From positions 1 through 55,449 of the IMG/VR virus record IMGVR_UViG_3300028417_000005: a DNA stretch of 55,449 nucleotides. One strand, given 5' to 3'. The translations under genes were made by a program, and so were the position numbers. This document shows positions 20,016 to 30,800 of the stretch, one piece after another (positions within the stretch are counted from its first letter, which is position 1; each line of letters starts with the position of its first letter). Origin of the DNA: a virus. Its lineage: Duplodnaviria; Caudoviricetes. The notes below the pieces were generated by a model. It was not told the origin of the DNA. It saw only the letters and a program-made list of their open reading frames with translations, and did no database searches.

Positions 20016-20041
20016 CATTTATCACAAATTTAAGGTACACT
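20012..20041 (+). promoter_or_regulatory. Sigma70-like promoter for head genes
   Basis: TTGACA-18 bp-TACACT upstream of 20077. Confidence 0.5.
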
Positions 20042-20076
20042 TCTAAATATATAACATTATAATAAAAGGATATACA

Positions 20077-20418
20077 TTGATAGAGAAACAAATACTAGAC
20101 AATATGAACGAGGCAATAGCTCTTGGTGAGGCACTTAGTGATCTTAGAAAAAATAGAAAGTTCAAGCTTGTGTTTGAAGATGGATATTTTAAAAAAGAAG
20201 CTATGCGTCTGGTTCTTGCTAGAGGCAGCTACCCTTCTGGTGTTGACAATATACAGCAAAAAGAGATCTTCCAGTCTGAGATAGACTCTGCCATATCTGC
20301 AATAGGTGAACTAAATCAATATCTACATACAATTGAGATGATGGCTAATAGAGCTAAAAAAGCAATCAATGAAGACAGAGACATAGATGCCTCTAATTTA
20401 GACAATATGGCTGGATAA
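20077..20418 (+). CDS. N4 gp58-like protein
   Basis: L..N..FK.V...GYF..EA.RLV pattern; synteny between portal and scaffold. Confidence 0.65.
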   Translation: MIEKQILDNMNEAIALGEALSDLRKNRKFKLVFEDGYFKKEAMRLVLARGSYPSGVDNIQQKEIFQSEIDSAISAIGELNQYLHTIEMMANRAKKAINEDRDIDASNLDNMAG

Positions 20419-20422
20419 CAGT

Positions 20423-21457
20423 ATGTCAGATATGGTAGACTACTCTAATCAAGCTATAGTTGATAACCCAGATGCTCCTAGTGAGCAGGAGTCTCAACAG
20501 TCAACTGAGTCTGGTTCTGATCAAATAGATGATGCTAACACTCAGGAGCTTAAAGATGCTCCTATAGGTACAGATGAAGAAATTAATAACGATCCTAACA
20601 CATCTAAAGATACTGTAGAAGGCGAAGAACCAGAAGTACTTGAAGATAGTGATGATGCCGAAGATGTGAAATACAAAAGCTTAGTTGATGAAGCTTTGTC
20701 CCCAATCAAGGCTAATGGTCAAATGGTTACACCGTCATCTATAGAGGACCTAAGAACTCTTGCATCTAAAGGGTTAGGTTTTGAGCATAAGGCTAAAATC
20801 ATAAAGCCAGCTATGAAGAAACTTAAAATACTTCACAAAAACAATATTGATGATGATAGATTGAATCTATTAATAGATGTGTCAAATGGCAACAAAGATG
20901 CTATAGCTAAACTATTGAAAGATAACAGCATAGATCCAATTGATGTAGATGTTGATACAGAGGATAAATATGAGGCAACCAATCACGACATAGATGATGT
21001 TGAACTCGAACTATCTGATAAAATAGATAGTATAAAAGATAGTGAACACTTTGCAAGCGTATCAAATATAGTATCTTCTGTTTGGGATGACTCTAGTAGA
21101 GAGATTATAAAAAATGATCCAACTCTAATAGTAAAGTTAAATGAAGAGTTTGAGATAGGTAGATTTGATAAGATCCAACAGATAGTTCAAAACGAGAGAG
21201 CATTTAATAGATTAGGTAATATGTCAGATATTGAAGCTTATGTAGCAGTACTAAACCAAGTGATGAAACAAGATAAGCTTAAGAATAAGACCACTAAGAA
21301 GCCAAAGACAACAAATGACAAATCTGGTAGAGATAGTGTTGCAGAGGCTAGAAGTCTTGTTGGTTCTAGTAAAAAATCAACAAAACAAAAAGATAGAAAC
21401 GAAATGTCAGATGATGAATTTCTAGCTGAGCTAAGAAATATGCGCAAGAAAAAATAA
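20423..21457 (+). CDS. N4 gp57-like protein (probable scaffold)
   Basis: Acidic N-terminus, KANG motif, C-terminal MSDDEF; directly upstream of MCP. Confidence 0.7.
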   Translation: MSDMVDYSNQAIVDNPDAPSEQESQQSTESGSDQIDDANTQELKDAPIGTDEEINNDPNTSKDTVEGEEPEVLEDSDDAEDVKYKSLVDEALSPIKANGQMVTPSSIEDLRTLASKGLGFEHKAKIIKPAMKKLKILHKNNIDDDRLNLLIDVSNGNKDAIAKLLKDNSIDPIDVDVDTEDKYEATNHDIDDVELELSDKIDSIKDSEHFASVSNIVSSVWDDSSREIIKNDPTLIVKLNEEFEIGRFDKIQQIVQNERAFNRLGNMSDIEAYVAVLNQVMKQDKLKNKTTKKPKTTNDKSGRDSVAEARSLVGSSKKSTKQKDRNEMSDDEFLAELRNMRKKK

Positions 21458-21466
21458 GGCAACAAT

Positions 21467-22642
21467 ATGGCACACGAATATAAATCAGGTACCGACTCTA
21501 CAGTAGGTGAAAATATCATAACATTTGATATGAAGCGAGAAGCTTTAATTGACCTAGAAGATGAGCAGTACCTATTAAAGCTTAGTGATAGTATATATCA
21601 ACCTAAGCATTTTGGTAAAACAATTAAGAGACACCACTACTTACCTTTGCTAGATGATAGAAACATCAATGACCAAGGTCTTGATGCTAATGGTGCTGTT
21701 ATAGCAGATGGTAATCTATGGGGTTCATCTAAAGATATTGGTAAGATAACATCTTCATTACCTCTTGGTAGTGAACTTGGCTCTGCTAGAAACAGAGTTG
21801 GGTACAAGCGTATCACAGTTGAAGGTACTCTTAAAAGATTTGACTTCTTCGATGAGTATACAAAAGAGAGTGTTGACTTCGATGATGATTCTGAACTTAG
21901 AACACACATCACACGAGAGGCTCTAAGAGGCGCATTAGCTGTATCTGAGAGTGTACTACAAATAGATCTTCTTAATAGCGCTGGTGTTATTAGATATGGC
22001 GGTTCTGCCACTACTAGAGCTACTGTAAGCGGCGACACAGCTGGTGTTCCATCTATCCTAAGCTATGAAGGTCTTATGAAGGCATCTATACAGCTAGATG
22101 ATAATAAGTGTCCTAAACATACTAAGATCTTCAAAGGTAGTAAAAACACAGATACAATGACACTACAGGCAACTCGTATGTTGTTTATTGGTTCTGAGCT
22201 TAAGCCTACTATTAAGAGAATGAAAGATCTTCACAACAACCAAGCGTTTATACCTTCTAGCAAATATGCTGATGGTAGTACGCTTATGAATGGTGAGATT
22301 GGTGTTGTAGACGAGTTTAAAATCATAGTTCACCCTAATATGCTACATTGGTCTGGTGCTGGTGCTCCAGAGGGAACCAATGGTGGGTATAGAGCTACTG
22401 GTGGTAACTATGATGTTTATCCAGCGTTATGTGTTGGCTCTGATAGTTTTACAACTCTTGGGTTCCAAGTTAGAGATGGCAATAGCAAGTTTGACATTAC
22501 CAATAAGCCACCGTCAAAAGATAATGCTAATAGACTAGACCCACACGGTGATATGGGCTTCTATGCTATTAAATGGTATTATGATACACTTATCTGGAGA
22601 CCTGAGTGGATCTTTAGATATGAAGTTGTAGCAGAGCTATAG
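21467..22642 (+). CDS. Major capsid protein (N4 gp56 family)
   Basis: PKHFGKTIK..HYLPLLDDRNINDQGLDA and DP.G..GF..IKWYY signatures. Confidence 0.92.
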   Translation: MAHEYKSGTDSTVGENIITFDMKREALIDLEDEQYLLKLSDSIYQPKHFGKTIKRHHYLPLLDDRNINDQGLDANGAVIADGNLWGSSKDIGKITSSLPLGSELGSARNRVGYKRITVEGTLKRFDFFDEYTKESVDFDDDSELRTHITREALRGALAVSESVLQIDLLNSAGVIRYGGSATTRATVSGDTAGVPSILSYEGLMKASIQLDDNKCPKHTKIFKGSKNTDTMTLQATRMLFIGSELKPTIKRMKDLHNNQAFIPSSKYADGSTLMNGEIGVVDEFKIIVHPNMLHWSGAGAPEGTNGGYRATGGNYDVYPALCVGSDSFTTLGFQVRDGNSKFDITNKPPSKDNANRLDPHGDMGFYAIKWYYDTLIWRPEWIFRYEVVAEL

Positions 22643-22649
22643 ATAGTAT

Positions 22650-22675
22650 TTACTAGATGGGTTTCCATCTGGTAA
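22650..22675 (+). terminator. Hairpin after MCP
   Basis: TTACTAGATGG-GTTT-CCATCTGGTAA. Confidence 0.5.
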
Positions 22676-22696
22676 TAAAATAATTAAGGCGTATAA

Positions 22697-23209
22697 ATGA
22701 GCATAAAAGATGAAAAAGCTAAACTAATAAAAAGAGCTAAAAGATTAGGCGTTGATAATGCTGAATCATTAGGAATCAAAGATCTTAGAGCTGTTGTTAA
22801 TAGTTTTCAAAGTGAACCAGAATCCCCCCCAAGTGATACTAATAGAAAACTAAATGCTCTGAAAGAAGCTACTAAGCTTAGAAGAATTATTGCTACCTGT
22901 ATGAACTCTAGAAAGAAATCTGGAAATACACATTATTTTGAAGTGTCAAACGATGAAATAGGAACCATTAAAAGATATGTTCCAATGAACACTCCTAAGG
23001 GAACACATGTAGAAGATGTAATATACCAAAATATGCTAGCTAGAGAGTGCGTAGTATTTGTAGATGATGTAAATACTAGTAACGGTAGGGTAAAGGTCAA
23101 AAGTGAAACAATTAAAGAGTATAGTATTACATTGTTGCCACCTCTCACAGAGGATGAGTTAAAAGAGCTTGGAAGAGAACAATCAGCTCATCACTCAATA
23201 GATAAATAA
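22697..23209 (+). CDS. N4 gp55-like protein
   Basis: LPPLTEDELKEL motif and synteny. Confidence 0.7.
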   Translation: MSIKDEKAKLIKRAKRLGVDNAESLGIKDLRAVVNSFQSEPESPPSDTNRKLNALKEATKLRRIIATCMNSRKKSGNTHYFEVSNDEIGTIKRYVPMNTPKGTHVEDVIYQNMLARECVVFVDDVNTSNGRVKVKSETIKEYSITLLPPLTEDELKELGREQSAHHSIDK

Positions 23210-23210
23210 T

Positions 23211-23849
23211 ATGGCTATAGCAATAGGAGATGTTACCTCAAATGTAGCCGTATCTACATCTGGTTCTGTATATGAAGTATCTGGAGATGGTGCATTTGAC
23301 AAAATGATGTCTACTGTAGCCAAGCATTTAAAAGCACAGTATGATGATGATAAGATAGTTGGAGAAGCTTATGCTACAGTATATGCCAATTCAATTATAG
23401 CAGTACTTGCAGAGTCTAATAAATTTGTCTTAACAGTTGATGAAATAAATGCTAAAGCATTGCTTATGGATAAGCAACTACTTGAGCTTGATAAGAAGAT
23501 AGAGCTTATAAATGCACAGATTGCTAAAATGATATCTGACAACTTATTGGTTGGTGCTCAGATAAGTAAAATGAATGCAGAAGAAGGATTAATTAATGCC
23601 AACAGAGATGGTGTATTAGCTAAGACATCTAGAGATAATGCTGAAGCTGCTAAAAAACTAGCATCTCTTGATCAAACATTAATTAATTTAGAAAAGCAAG
23701 CTGTTGTACTTACTGAGCAAGCAAAGGCTTATTCTGGTGACTATTGGGCATCTATATATAGAGCTGAAACATCATTTGAAGCATCGTTATATGATACTAG
23801 TGGCGGTACTGTACCACCTACTGTCAACTACCCACCAGCTCCATTTTAA
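23211..23849 (+). CDS. N4 gp54-like structural protein
   Basis: G.G.FDKMM...HL..Y...I.G..YA.VY motif; coiled coil. Confidence 0.7.
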   Translation: MAIAIGDVTSNVAVSTSGSVYEVSGDGAFDKMMSTVAKHLKAQYDDDKIVGEAYATVYANSIIAVLAESNKFVLTVDEINAKALLMDKQLLELDKKIELINAQIAKMISDNLLVGAQISKMNAEEGLINANRDGVLAKTSRDNAEAAKKLASLDQTLINLEKQAVVLTEQAKAYSGDYWASIYRAETSFEASLYDTSGGTVPPTVNYPPAPF

Positions 23850-23852
23850 TCA

Positions 23853-26336
23853 ATGGGAGCTTTTGATAGATCTGTAGAGATAATATCTCTAACATTTACA
23901 AATATACTAATAGATGGCAGAGCTATAAAGCAACTTAAAAAGAAATCAAGAATTTTATCTGAGAGTGATGGTTTTGTGTATATGGATCTATATATGCAAG
24001 GCAAAAAAAGCTATCGTAAATCGTTTAGTAAATCGCAACTTGAGAAGTATGGATATGATTTAACAAACAACATAAATAAGTTAGATGTAAATGAGCCAAA
24101 TCTATTGGTTCAATTACAAACTGATTATGACCCATCAATAGATACGATTATCATTAATGGATTTAGGTTTCCAACTGCTGATGATATAGCAATCCAATAC
24201 TTAGTGTCTACGCAAGGCTACAGCTTACAAACTAATACTATGATACATAATACTGAGTATCACACATACTCTTCGTCATACGCAACATATGAGCCTATAG
24301 ATGGTACTAACCCAGTTGTATATTCAAATACAATATTATCATTAACTGTATATATAACTATAGTCCCACAAAGCTATATAACTAATCAACTACTATCTTC
24401 ATCATATTGGTTCTCTGCTACTCAGGTAACTAATGTAAAACATAAAACAATAAATGTTAATTGGACGACACTAACTGGATTTACTCCAGATAATATCAAT
24501 GCTGGTTCTTTTGAGCCAATACGAATATTTGACTCATTAGGCATTGAAGTTCAAAAGCATAACTTTAATATATCAGATACAACAGGCGATGTTGTATTTA
24601 ATGTTTTTGGAGCCAATGGTTCATATACTTACACTATAAGATCATATCTAACTAGTAACGGTAATGTGATGTCATCTGATCCAATATCATTTGATATAGA
24701 TGATACAAGTATGTTTGATCTATCGCTTCCATATTCAGAAGTAGATTACAACGGATACTACGGTATAGATATTATTAAACTAGATGCTCTTGGGAATCAA
24801 ACAACACAAATAGATAAAATCTTTTTTGTAAAGCCACCAACTGTGGCATTTGTGGTTCCCCAACAGTTCATAACTGATATATCCAACTTCTCTATGGTTG
24901 GTAGATGTAGTAACCCATCTGGCAATATAATACAATATATATATGACATAGATTTAGTTACATCTCTATATTCTAGAGTTGAACTAGAAGTAACTCCTAT
25001 AATACCTCTAAAAGAGTTTGATATAATATTAGATCAAACAATAAATCTTAGAAGGATGCTTAAGAGGATAGGTCTTAATTATAACAGTTTAACAGATACT
25101 CTTGAAAATACAAATCTAGACAATATATATATAATGAACGGTATACCTGTAAACTACAATACTAGAACACTACAAGATGATCAAGATGCAGAAGATTCAT
25201 TGGCTCTTGAGAATGGCAGAAGTCCAAGAACCATAACTCAAGAGTTTCACCATAAAAAGAAACAAGCTATATTAAAATGTGTATATAAAACATTTGAATA
25301 TTACCAAAGTAGTATGGCTGGTTCTGTGCTTAAGATAGAGTCTATAAACTATAATGTATCTTGGGATTATAACAAGACATTAGTAAGCGGTACTGCATTA
25401 GATTACAACTTAGATCCAATACAAATAGGAGAGTATGGTGGTTCTTCTCCTATCTTAGAGCTTGTATATTGGAAGGAGACAACTGTTGATACTGAAATAG
25501 TAACAACATACTATACAAAGGCTCAGTATGATGCTATGACTGCACTTGAACAGGCTACTATACAAACTAGATCAGATAAATCAAATATGTCAATAATGTA
25601 TCAAATAGATGCTACATCTTATTTTAGGATAGATATAACAAACTTCAAAGGGTTTATCAAGGTAAGTAAACAGTTCAATGTATATTTAACATCTTATATT
25701 AACAAATTTAGACTTCCTATACCAATGAGTGTCTTAAACGGACTACCATTTAAAGAGTGGGAGATAGTACACGAAAACTCTCTGTGTTTTGTAATATATA
25801 CATATCAAAGTGTTAATATAGAATGGTGGCAAACAGAAGGGTTCATAACTATACTACAAATAGTATCTATAGTCATCTCTGCTTATACTGGTGGGGTATC
25901 TGGTGTTATGACATCTGTTTTAATATCTAGTATAGCCCCAAAAATAGTTGGCATACTAATTGATGCAGTAGGTCTAGAAGATGATGAAGCCTTGTTGCTT
26001 GTAACTATAATTAATATAGTAACATCTGCATATAATGGCAACTATGCTAATATATTACTTACGCTATTTAACGCATATGTTGAGCTTGAGAGAATCAAGC
26101 TTACAAATGAAATGGAAATAGAAGACGAGCTAATAGATAGACTTAAGAAGAAATTAGAAGATTATATGACTGAGAAGTATGCTTACACTGATGTAAACTA
26201 CACAGATGTTTTCAGAGAGATGGCAGTAGTTGATTATGGTTATTATAAGAACCCAACTAAGAGATTAAAACAAAATAGTTTTTATAAGGCAGATATAAAT
26301 GTTAAGCCTAATTTAGAACCACCTAAACCTAAATAG
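23853..26336 (+). CDS. N4 gp53-like large virion protein with C-terminal hydrophobic segments
   Basis: Synteny; WWQT..F motif followed by TM-like helices. Confidence 0.6.
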   Translation: MGAFDRSVEIISLTFTNILIDGRAIKQLKKKSRILSESDGFVYMDLYMQGKKSYRKSFSKSQLEKYGYDLTNNINKLDVNEPNLLVQLQTDYDPSIDTIIINGFRFPTADDIAIQYLVSTQGYSLQTNTMIHNTEYHTYSSSYATYEPIDGTNPVVYSNTILSLTVYITIVPQSYITNQLLSSSYWFSATQVTNVKHKTINVNWTTLTGFTPDNINAGSFEPIRIFDSLGIEVQKHNFNISDTTGDVVFNVFGANGSYTYTIRSYLTSNGNVMSSDPISFDIDDTSMFDLSLPYSEVDYNGYYGIDIIKLDALGNQTTQIDKIFFVKPPTVAFVVPQQFITDISNFSMVGRCSNPSGNIIQYIYDIDLVTSLYSRVELEVTPIIPLKEFDIILDQTINLRRMLKRIGLNYNSLTDTLENTNLDNIYIMNGIPVNYNTRTLQDDQDAEDSLALENGRSPRTITQEFHHKKKQAILKCVYKTFEYYQSSMAGSVLKIESINYNVSWDYNKTLVSGTALDYNLDPIQIGEYGGSSPILELVYWKETTVDTEIVTTYYTKAQYDAMTALEQATIQTRSDKSNMSIMYQIDATSYFRIDITNFKGFIKVSKQFNVYLTSYINKFRLPIPMSVLNGLPFKEWEIVHENSLCFVIYTYQSVNIEWWQTEGFITILQIVSIVISAYTGGVSGVMTSVLISSIAPKIVGILIDAVGLEDDEALLLVTIINIVTSAYNGNYANILLTLFNAYVELERIKLTNEMEIEDELIDRLKKKLEDYMTEKYAYTDVNYTDVFREMAVVDYGYYKNPTKRLKQNSFYKADINVKPNLEPPKPK

Positions 26337-26394
26337 TTATAAGCAAAATTATAACAATGATTTAACCTATAATTATTTTAACTTAGATTTAAAT

Positions 26395-26802
26395 ATGGAG
26401 ATTACTATGACAGGATTACTTGGAGCAGATGGAAAACCAATAGATTTTGGTAGTTATTTTAATCCAAAACAAGATGAAGAGTTTAATATTGGTTATCCAA
26501 CCACAAACAATGCCAATAAAATAAATGCATTCAATAACGACGAAGATATGTTTGGTGTTAATGCAGATACATTATCTAACATAGGTACTGGGGCAGTTGG
26601 GTTAGCAAATGCATTCTTAGCCTACAAGCAATATGAGCTTGCAAATGATGCTTTTAAAGAGAATAAAAAAATGAACAGAAAGTCATATAATATGAGTGTT
26701 GGTAACTATAACCAAGATAGAAAAAGAGCAAACTCATATGATAGAGCACAAGGTGCTAACACTAGTGTTGGCTCTGGGTTCTTAAAACCGATAGGAGGCT
26801 AA
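26395..26802 (+). CDS. Putative ejection protein (N4 gp52-like)
   Basis: Gly/Ala hydrophobic segment followed by a coiled coil; synteny. Confidence 0.55.
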   Translation: MEITMTGLLGADGKPIDFGSYFNPKQDEEFNIGYPTTNNANKINAFNNDEDMFGVNADTLSNIGTGAVGLANAFLAYKQYELANDAFKENKKMNRKSYNMSVGNYNQDRKRANSYDRAQGANTSVGSGFLKPIGG

Positions 26803-26806
26803 CTAG

Positions 26807-27865
26807 ATGGCATCATTTAGAAGCACAAATATAAGCGCACCTACATTTCAAACATCTTTATCTGCTATAAATAATATTGATGAAATCAATAACAAATACA
26901 AGATGAGAAAAAGACAAGAGTTAGAAGATAGTTTGATGAACCAAAGACGGTTAGAAGATAAAGCATTTGAAACTAACAGAGATACAATTGCTAACACTAG
27001 AGATGTTGATCTGCAAAAGATGCAAGACTCATTTAATCTAGATAAAAACAATGCTAACATAGTTGCTAATTATGAATTATCTCAAAGCAAAATGAAGTCT
27101 GACAAAGCCAATACTGAAATGCAAATTAAAGCTAATGCTGATTTAGAAAATCTTAGACATAGGAATAATAAAGATCTTAAATACACATTGACTCCAGCAC
27201 AAATTGACACTAAGAATATGATGAAAAAGGCATTAGAGGTTTCATCTGTTAAAACTACTGGTGAACAGAGTGCTATGAATAATGTAACTAAAACAGTAAA
27301 TGGACTAACTGAGAAGGGAATTAATGTAACACCTGCATTGGCTAAGCAACTAGAGGCATCAATCTCAGCTGGTTCTAAAAACATAAAGAACCAAAGGAAG
27401 ATGATTGATCTTAAAAAGCTATCACAGATGTTTCCTAACGCAGATTCTACTGCTCTTGAGTTTGCACATAAACTAAACCTAGAAACAAAAGATAGAGGAG
27501 TTGCTAGTAAAAAAGGTGCTATTGAATTGGATATTTTAGGTTCTGATTTAAACACTAAAATTACAAAACAAGATAAAGATAGAAGTGCCTTAAAAGGTAA
27601 AAACTTATCTAAGTTAGAAAGTAAGTTTAATCCATTAATGTCAAAACTAGAGGCAAGTGGTGATGAAGATGCATATTCTAAATTTATGAAATTCCTACCG
27701 CTAGTTAGTGATAAATTTCCAAATAAATCACATAACGAAATATACTCAATGTTTATGAAAACATATGCAAATGAGAAAAGTGGAATGTTAGATATATGGG
27801 ATACTGACTTAGAAGATGCTATGGATCTATTTGCTAAAGAAAATAACATAAATGCATCTTTCTAA
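26807..27865 (+). CDS. Putative ejection protein (N4 gp51 position)
   Basis: Helical, Cys-free, directly upstream of vRNAP. Confidence 0.5.
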   Translation: MASFRSTNISAPTFQTSLSAINNIDEINNKYKMRKRQELEDSLMNQRRLEDKAFETNRDTIANTRDVDLQKMQDSFNLDKNNANIVANYELSQSKMKSDKANTEMQIKANADLENLRHRNNKDLKYTLTPAQIDTKNMMKKALEVSSVKTTGEQSAMNNVTKTVNGLTEKGINVTPALAKQLEASISAGSKNIKNQRKMIDLKKLSQMFPNADSTALEFAHKLNLETKDRGVASKKGAIELDILGSDLNTKITKQDKDRSALKGKNLSKLESKFNPLMSKLEASGDEDAYSKFMKFLPLVSDKFPNKSHNEIYSMFMKTYANEKSGMLDIWDTDLEDAMDLFAKENNINASF

Positions 27866-27889
27866 ATAAAAAAACAACAAGGTTAATAT

Positions 27890-30800
27890 ATGTACTCTGA
27901 AAAAGGTTTATACACAGATGAGGAGTTATCATATATTGAAACTCCTCAGACTAAATCATTAAACAAACTATCATCAATAGGCAAAAACAAAGCTAGTAAA
28001 CTTGGCTTTGCTGGACTAGATATAGAAGATAGTATTAAATTCATATCATCTATAGAAGATGGTGATAGTATTAAATCAGTAGATGGTAAAAACTATAAGC
28101 TTAATAATAAAGATGCATATGAAACATATAGACCACCATCTGAAGACAAAGAGTTTGATGATGCACAAAAGAGAAGAGTAGATAAGCAAAGATTTAGACT
28201 AGCTAAATCTCTTGGTGTTAAACCAGAAGACATATCAGCTGGAGATGTTTATCAAAGAGGTGCTTATGATAAGCTACAAACATACGCAAGCTTAACTAAC
28301 GCAGATTTTGAACCAGACATCAGAGATCTAGAGTATTACAGAAATAATGCTTTGCCTAAGTTAACTCAAGATGAACCAATACCAGTATATGGTAAATTCC
28401 AAGACACAACTGATGTTGAGAATTATGGAAGAGGTCTGTTTGAGACAGATCTACTGAGCAACAACAACATTGGTTCTTTTGATAATAATGTTGAAGAGAA
28501 TGCTTTTGCTGATCAAGAGATTGCTAGGAGAGGCGCAGATGGTCAAGACGGTTATTTTGGCGACCTAGTAGATAGGAGTCAGGCATCTTTTCATAGTCTC
28601 TTTGATAATGCTGTAGAAGGTATTGCTGATGGTACTGCATCCGCTGTAGGTGCAACTACTAACTTAGCTAAGAGTGTGTTTAAGAACTTTGACAAAGACT
28701 ATCACTCACTTGATGTTGGAAGTGATGAATGGAATAAGTCTAGAGATGAGTTTAGTAAAAACAAAAAAGATACATTCAATGATATTAAAAGCTTTGGAGA
28801 TAAAGCATCCAAGTTTGTAACAGGTACAGATAATCTATTATCTAAAGACTATAAGAAGCTACACGGTGTAAGCAAAAAAAGTATAGATGATATGGAGAGA
28901 GATAGCAAGCTTGCTGAGAAGGCTATGGATGATGGTAGATATGATCAAGCCTTCTTACACGGTATAGAGTATGCGCTACCATACTTAGCCGATTCATCTG
29001 CTGATATAGCATCATTTGTGAACCCATACACTTTTGCACTAGGTGTAACTGCTAGAGTTAATAGGAAGGCAAATGAGTTCTCAAAAAATAATGATGGTAA
29101 GAAGTGGAATGCTGGTCAGACAGCTAAAGCATTAGGTATAGAGTATGCATTAGCAAAGGCTGAACTTGGTCTAATTAAGAAGGTTGCTAAAGGTACTGGC
29201 TTAGGTCAAGGTTTATCTAAATTAGCAGATGATACCTTGTCTGGTGGTAATAAAGCAATATCTAAAACACAATCTATGAAAAAGAGAGCTGGCAATGTAT
29301 TGCTTGGCGGAGCTGGAGAGTTTTTACAAGAGTATGCTGATGCATCTACAACTGATCTAATAACACAAAAAGAAGGTAGTAAAACATTATCTGATACATT
29401 GTTAAATAAAAATAATCTATTCCAAGCTCTTGTTGGTTCTGGTACTGGTGCATCTATGTCATTGGCTGGTAATACTGCTGGTGCAGGTCTAGATAAATAT
29501 AACGATTCATATGAAAACAAGATATTGAAAAAACAATCTACTGCTCATAGTAATAATGAAATGGTTAGATTAAAAAGATCAGAAGAGGAGAAGATAGACT
29601 CTATATTAAATGAAGGTCAAGATGAAACTGGATACTTCACAGGTCTTGATAGATATGATGATATGTCTGGTTCTGTATTTAGTGAGATTAAGTTCAGACT
29701 TAAAGGTATTAAAGAAGATGTTGATAAGGCTGTTGCTAACGGTAAGACATCTAAAGATATACAAGATGAGATAGATAAGCAACTAAAAGATAAAAATGCT
29801 AGCTATCCAATAAACAAGAAAAACTATGATAAGCTCGTCCTAAAAGAGATTAAGAGGCGTGAAGATGCTAGTAAGAAAGATATATCAGATAGCAACATAG
29901 ATGACAGCATAAATGATGATGTTAATAGTGCGTTCAAAGAAGAACCAATATCAGCAGATGTAGTAGTTGATAATACAGATAAAATAATTGATCTTGAAGG
30001 TAAGATATTATCTGCAACTAATACTTTTGATAATATGAAAAAAGATAAAAATGTAGATATAAATATTATAAACGAACAAGAGAGAATAGTAAATAAATAC
30101 AAAGATGATCTATCTAAGCTTCAGAGTCCATCAGCCAATAATGTATCTGGTTCTAGGCTTACTATATACAAAGACGACTTTAGAGATCTATTAAATAATA
30201 GTGACATAAGTTTATCAGACAAAGCTATCATAGCAACTCCTATGAATAGTAGAGCAACTAATATACTAGCTTTTGGTGAAGACAAGTTATCTAAATCAAT
30301 TAAGAACTTAGTAGATATTCCAATAAATGAATCTGGTTCTAATACATTTATACTATTGCCAAAAAAAGATAATGTATCTGCTGGTGGTAATTCAGAACAT
30401 AGTGTTGCTATACAGAAAACTATAGCATCTATTAAAGCCAAGGAGAACCAAAGCGTAGATGCGTATACAATACCTTCTGATGCAATTAGGACATATAGCA
30501 AGGGTAGTAGAGATATTGACTACAGTAGGGTTATAGATGCCCTAGAAGCTAATGGATACACAGAGGCTATGATAGATGGAGATATAGGATCTGGCGTATT
30601 TACAAAAGGTGGTTCTGCTATAGATGGAGTTAACACTAAGACAATAGGTGACAAAACACTTAGTAGAATAAATAGTGCTAGATCTAAAGATATAAAAACA
30701 AATAAAACAAATAATGCAAATAATATATTTGTTGTTGAAAGAGATAGTAACAAAGCTACAATAACGAAGGACAATATCAAAGCAGAGGCAAATCTAGATA

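Noticed and set aside
27082-27849. 255-aa antisense ORF, and similar shadow ORFs such as 42757..43467
   Set aside because: They lie fully antisense to well-supported genes and have the L/S/I/F-rich composition typical of shadow frames.
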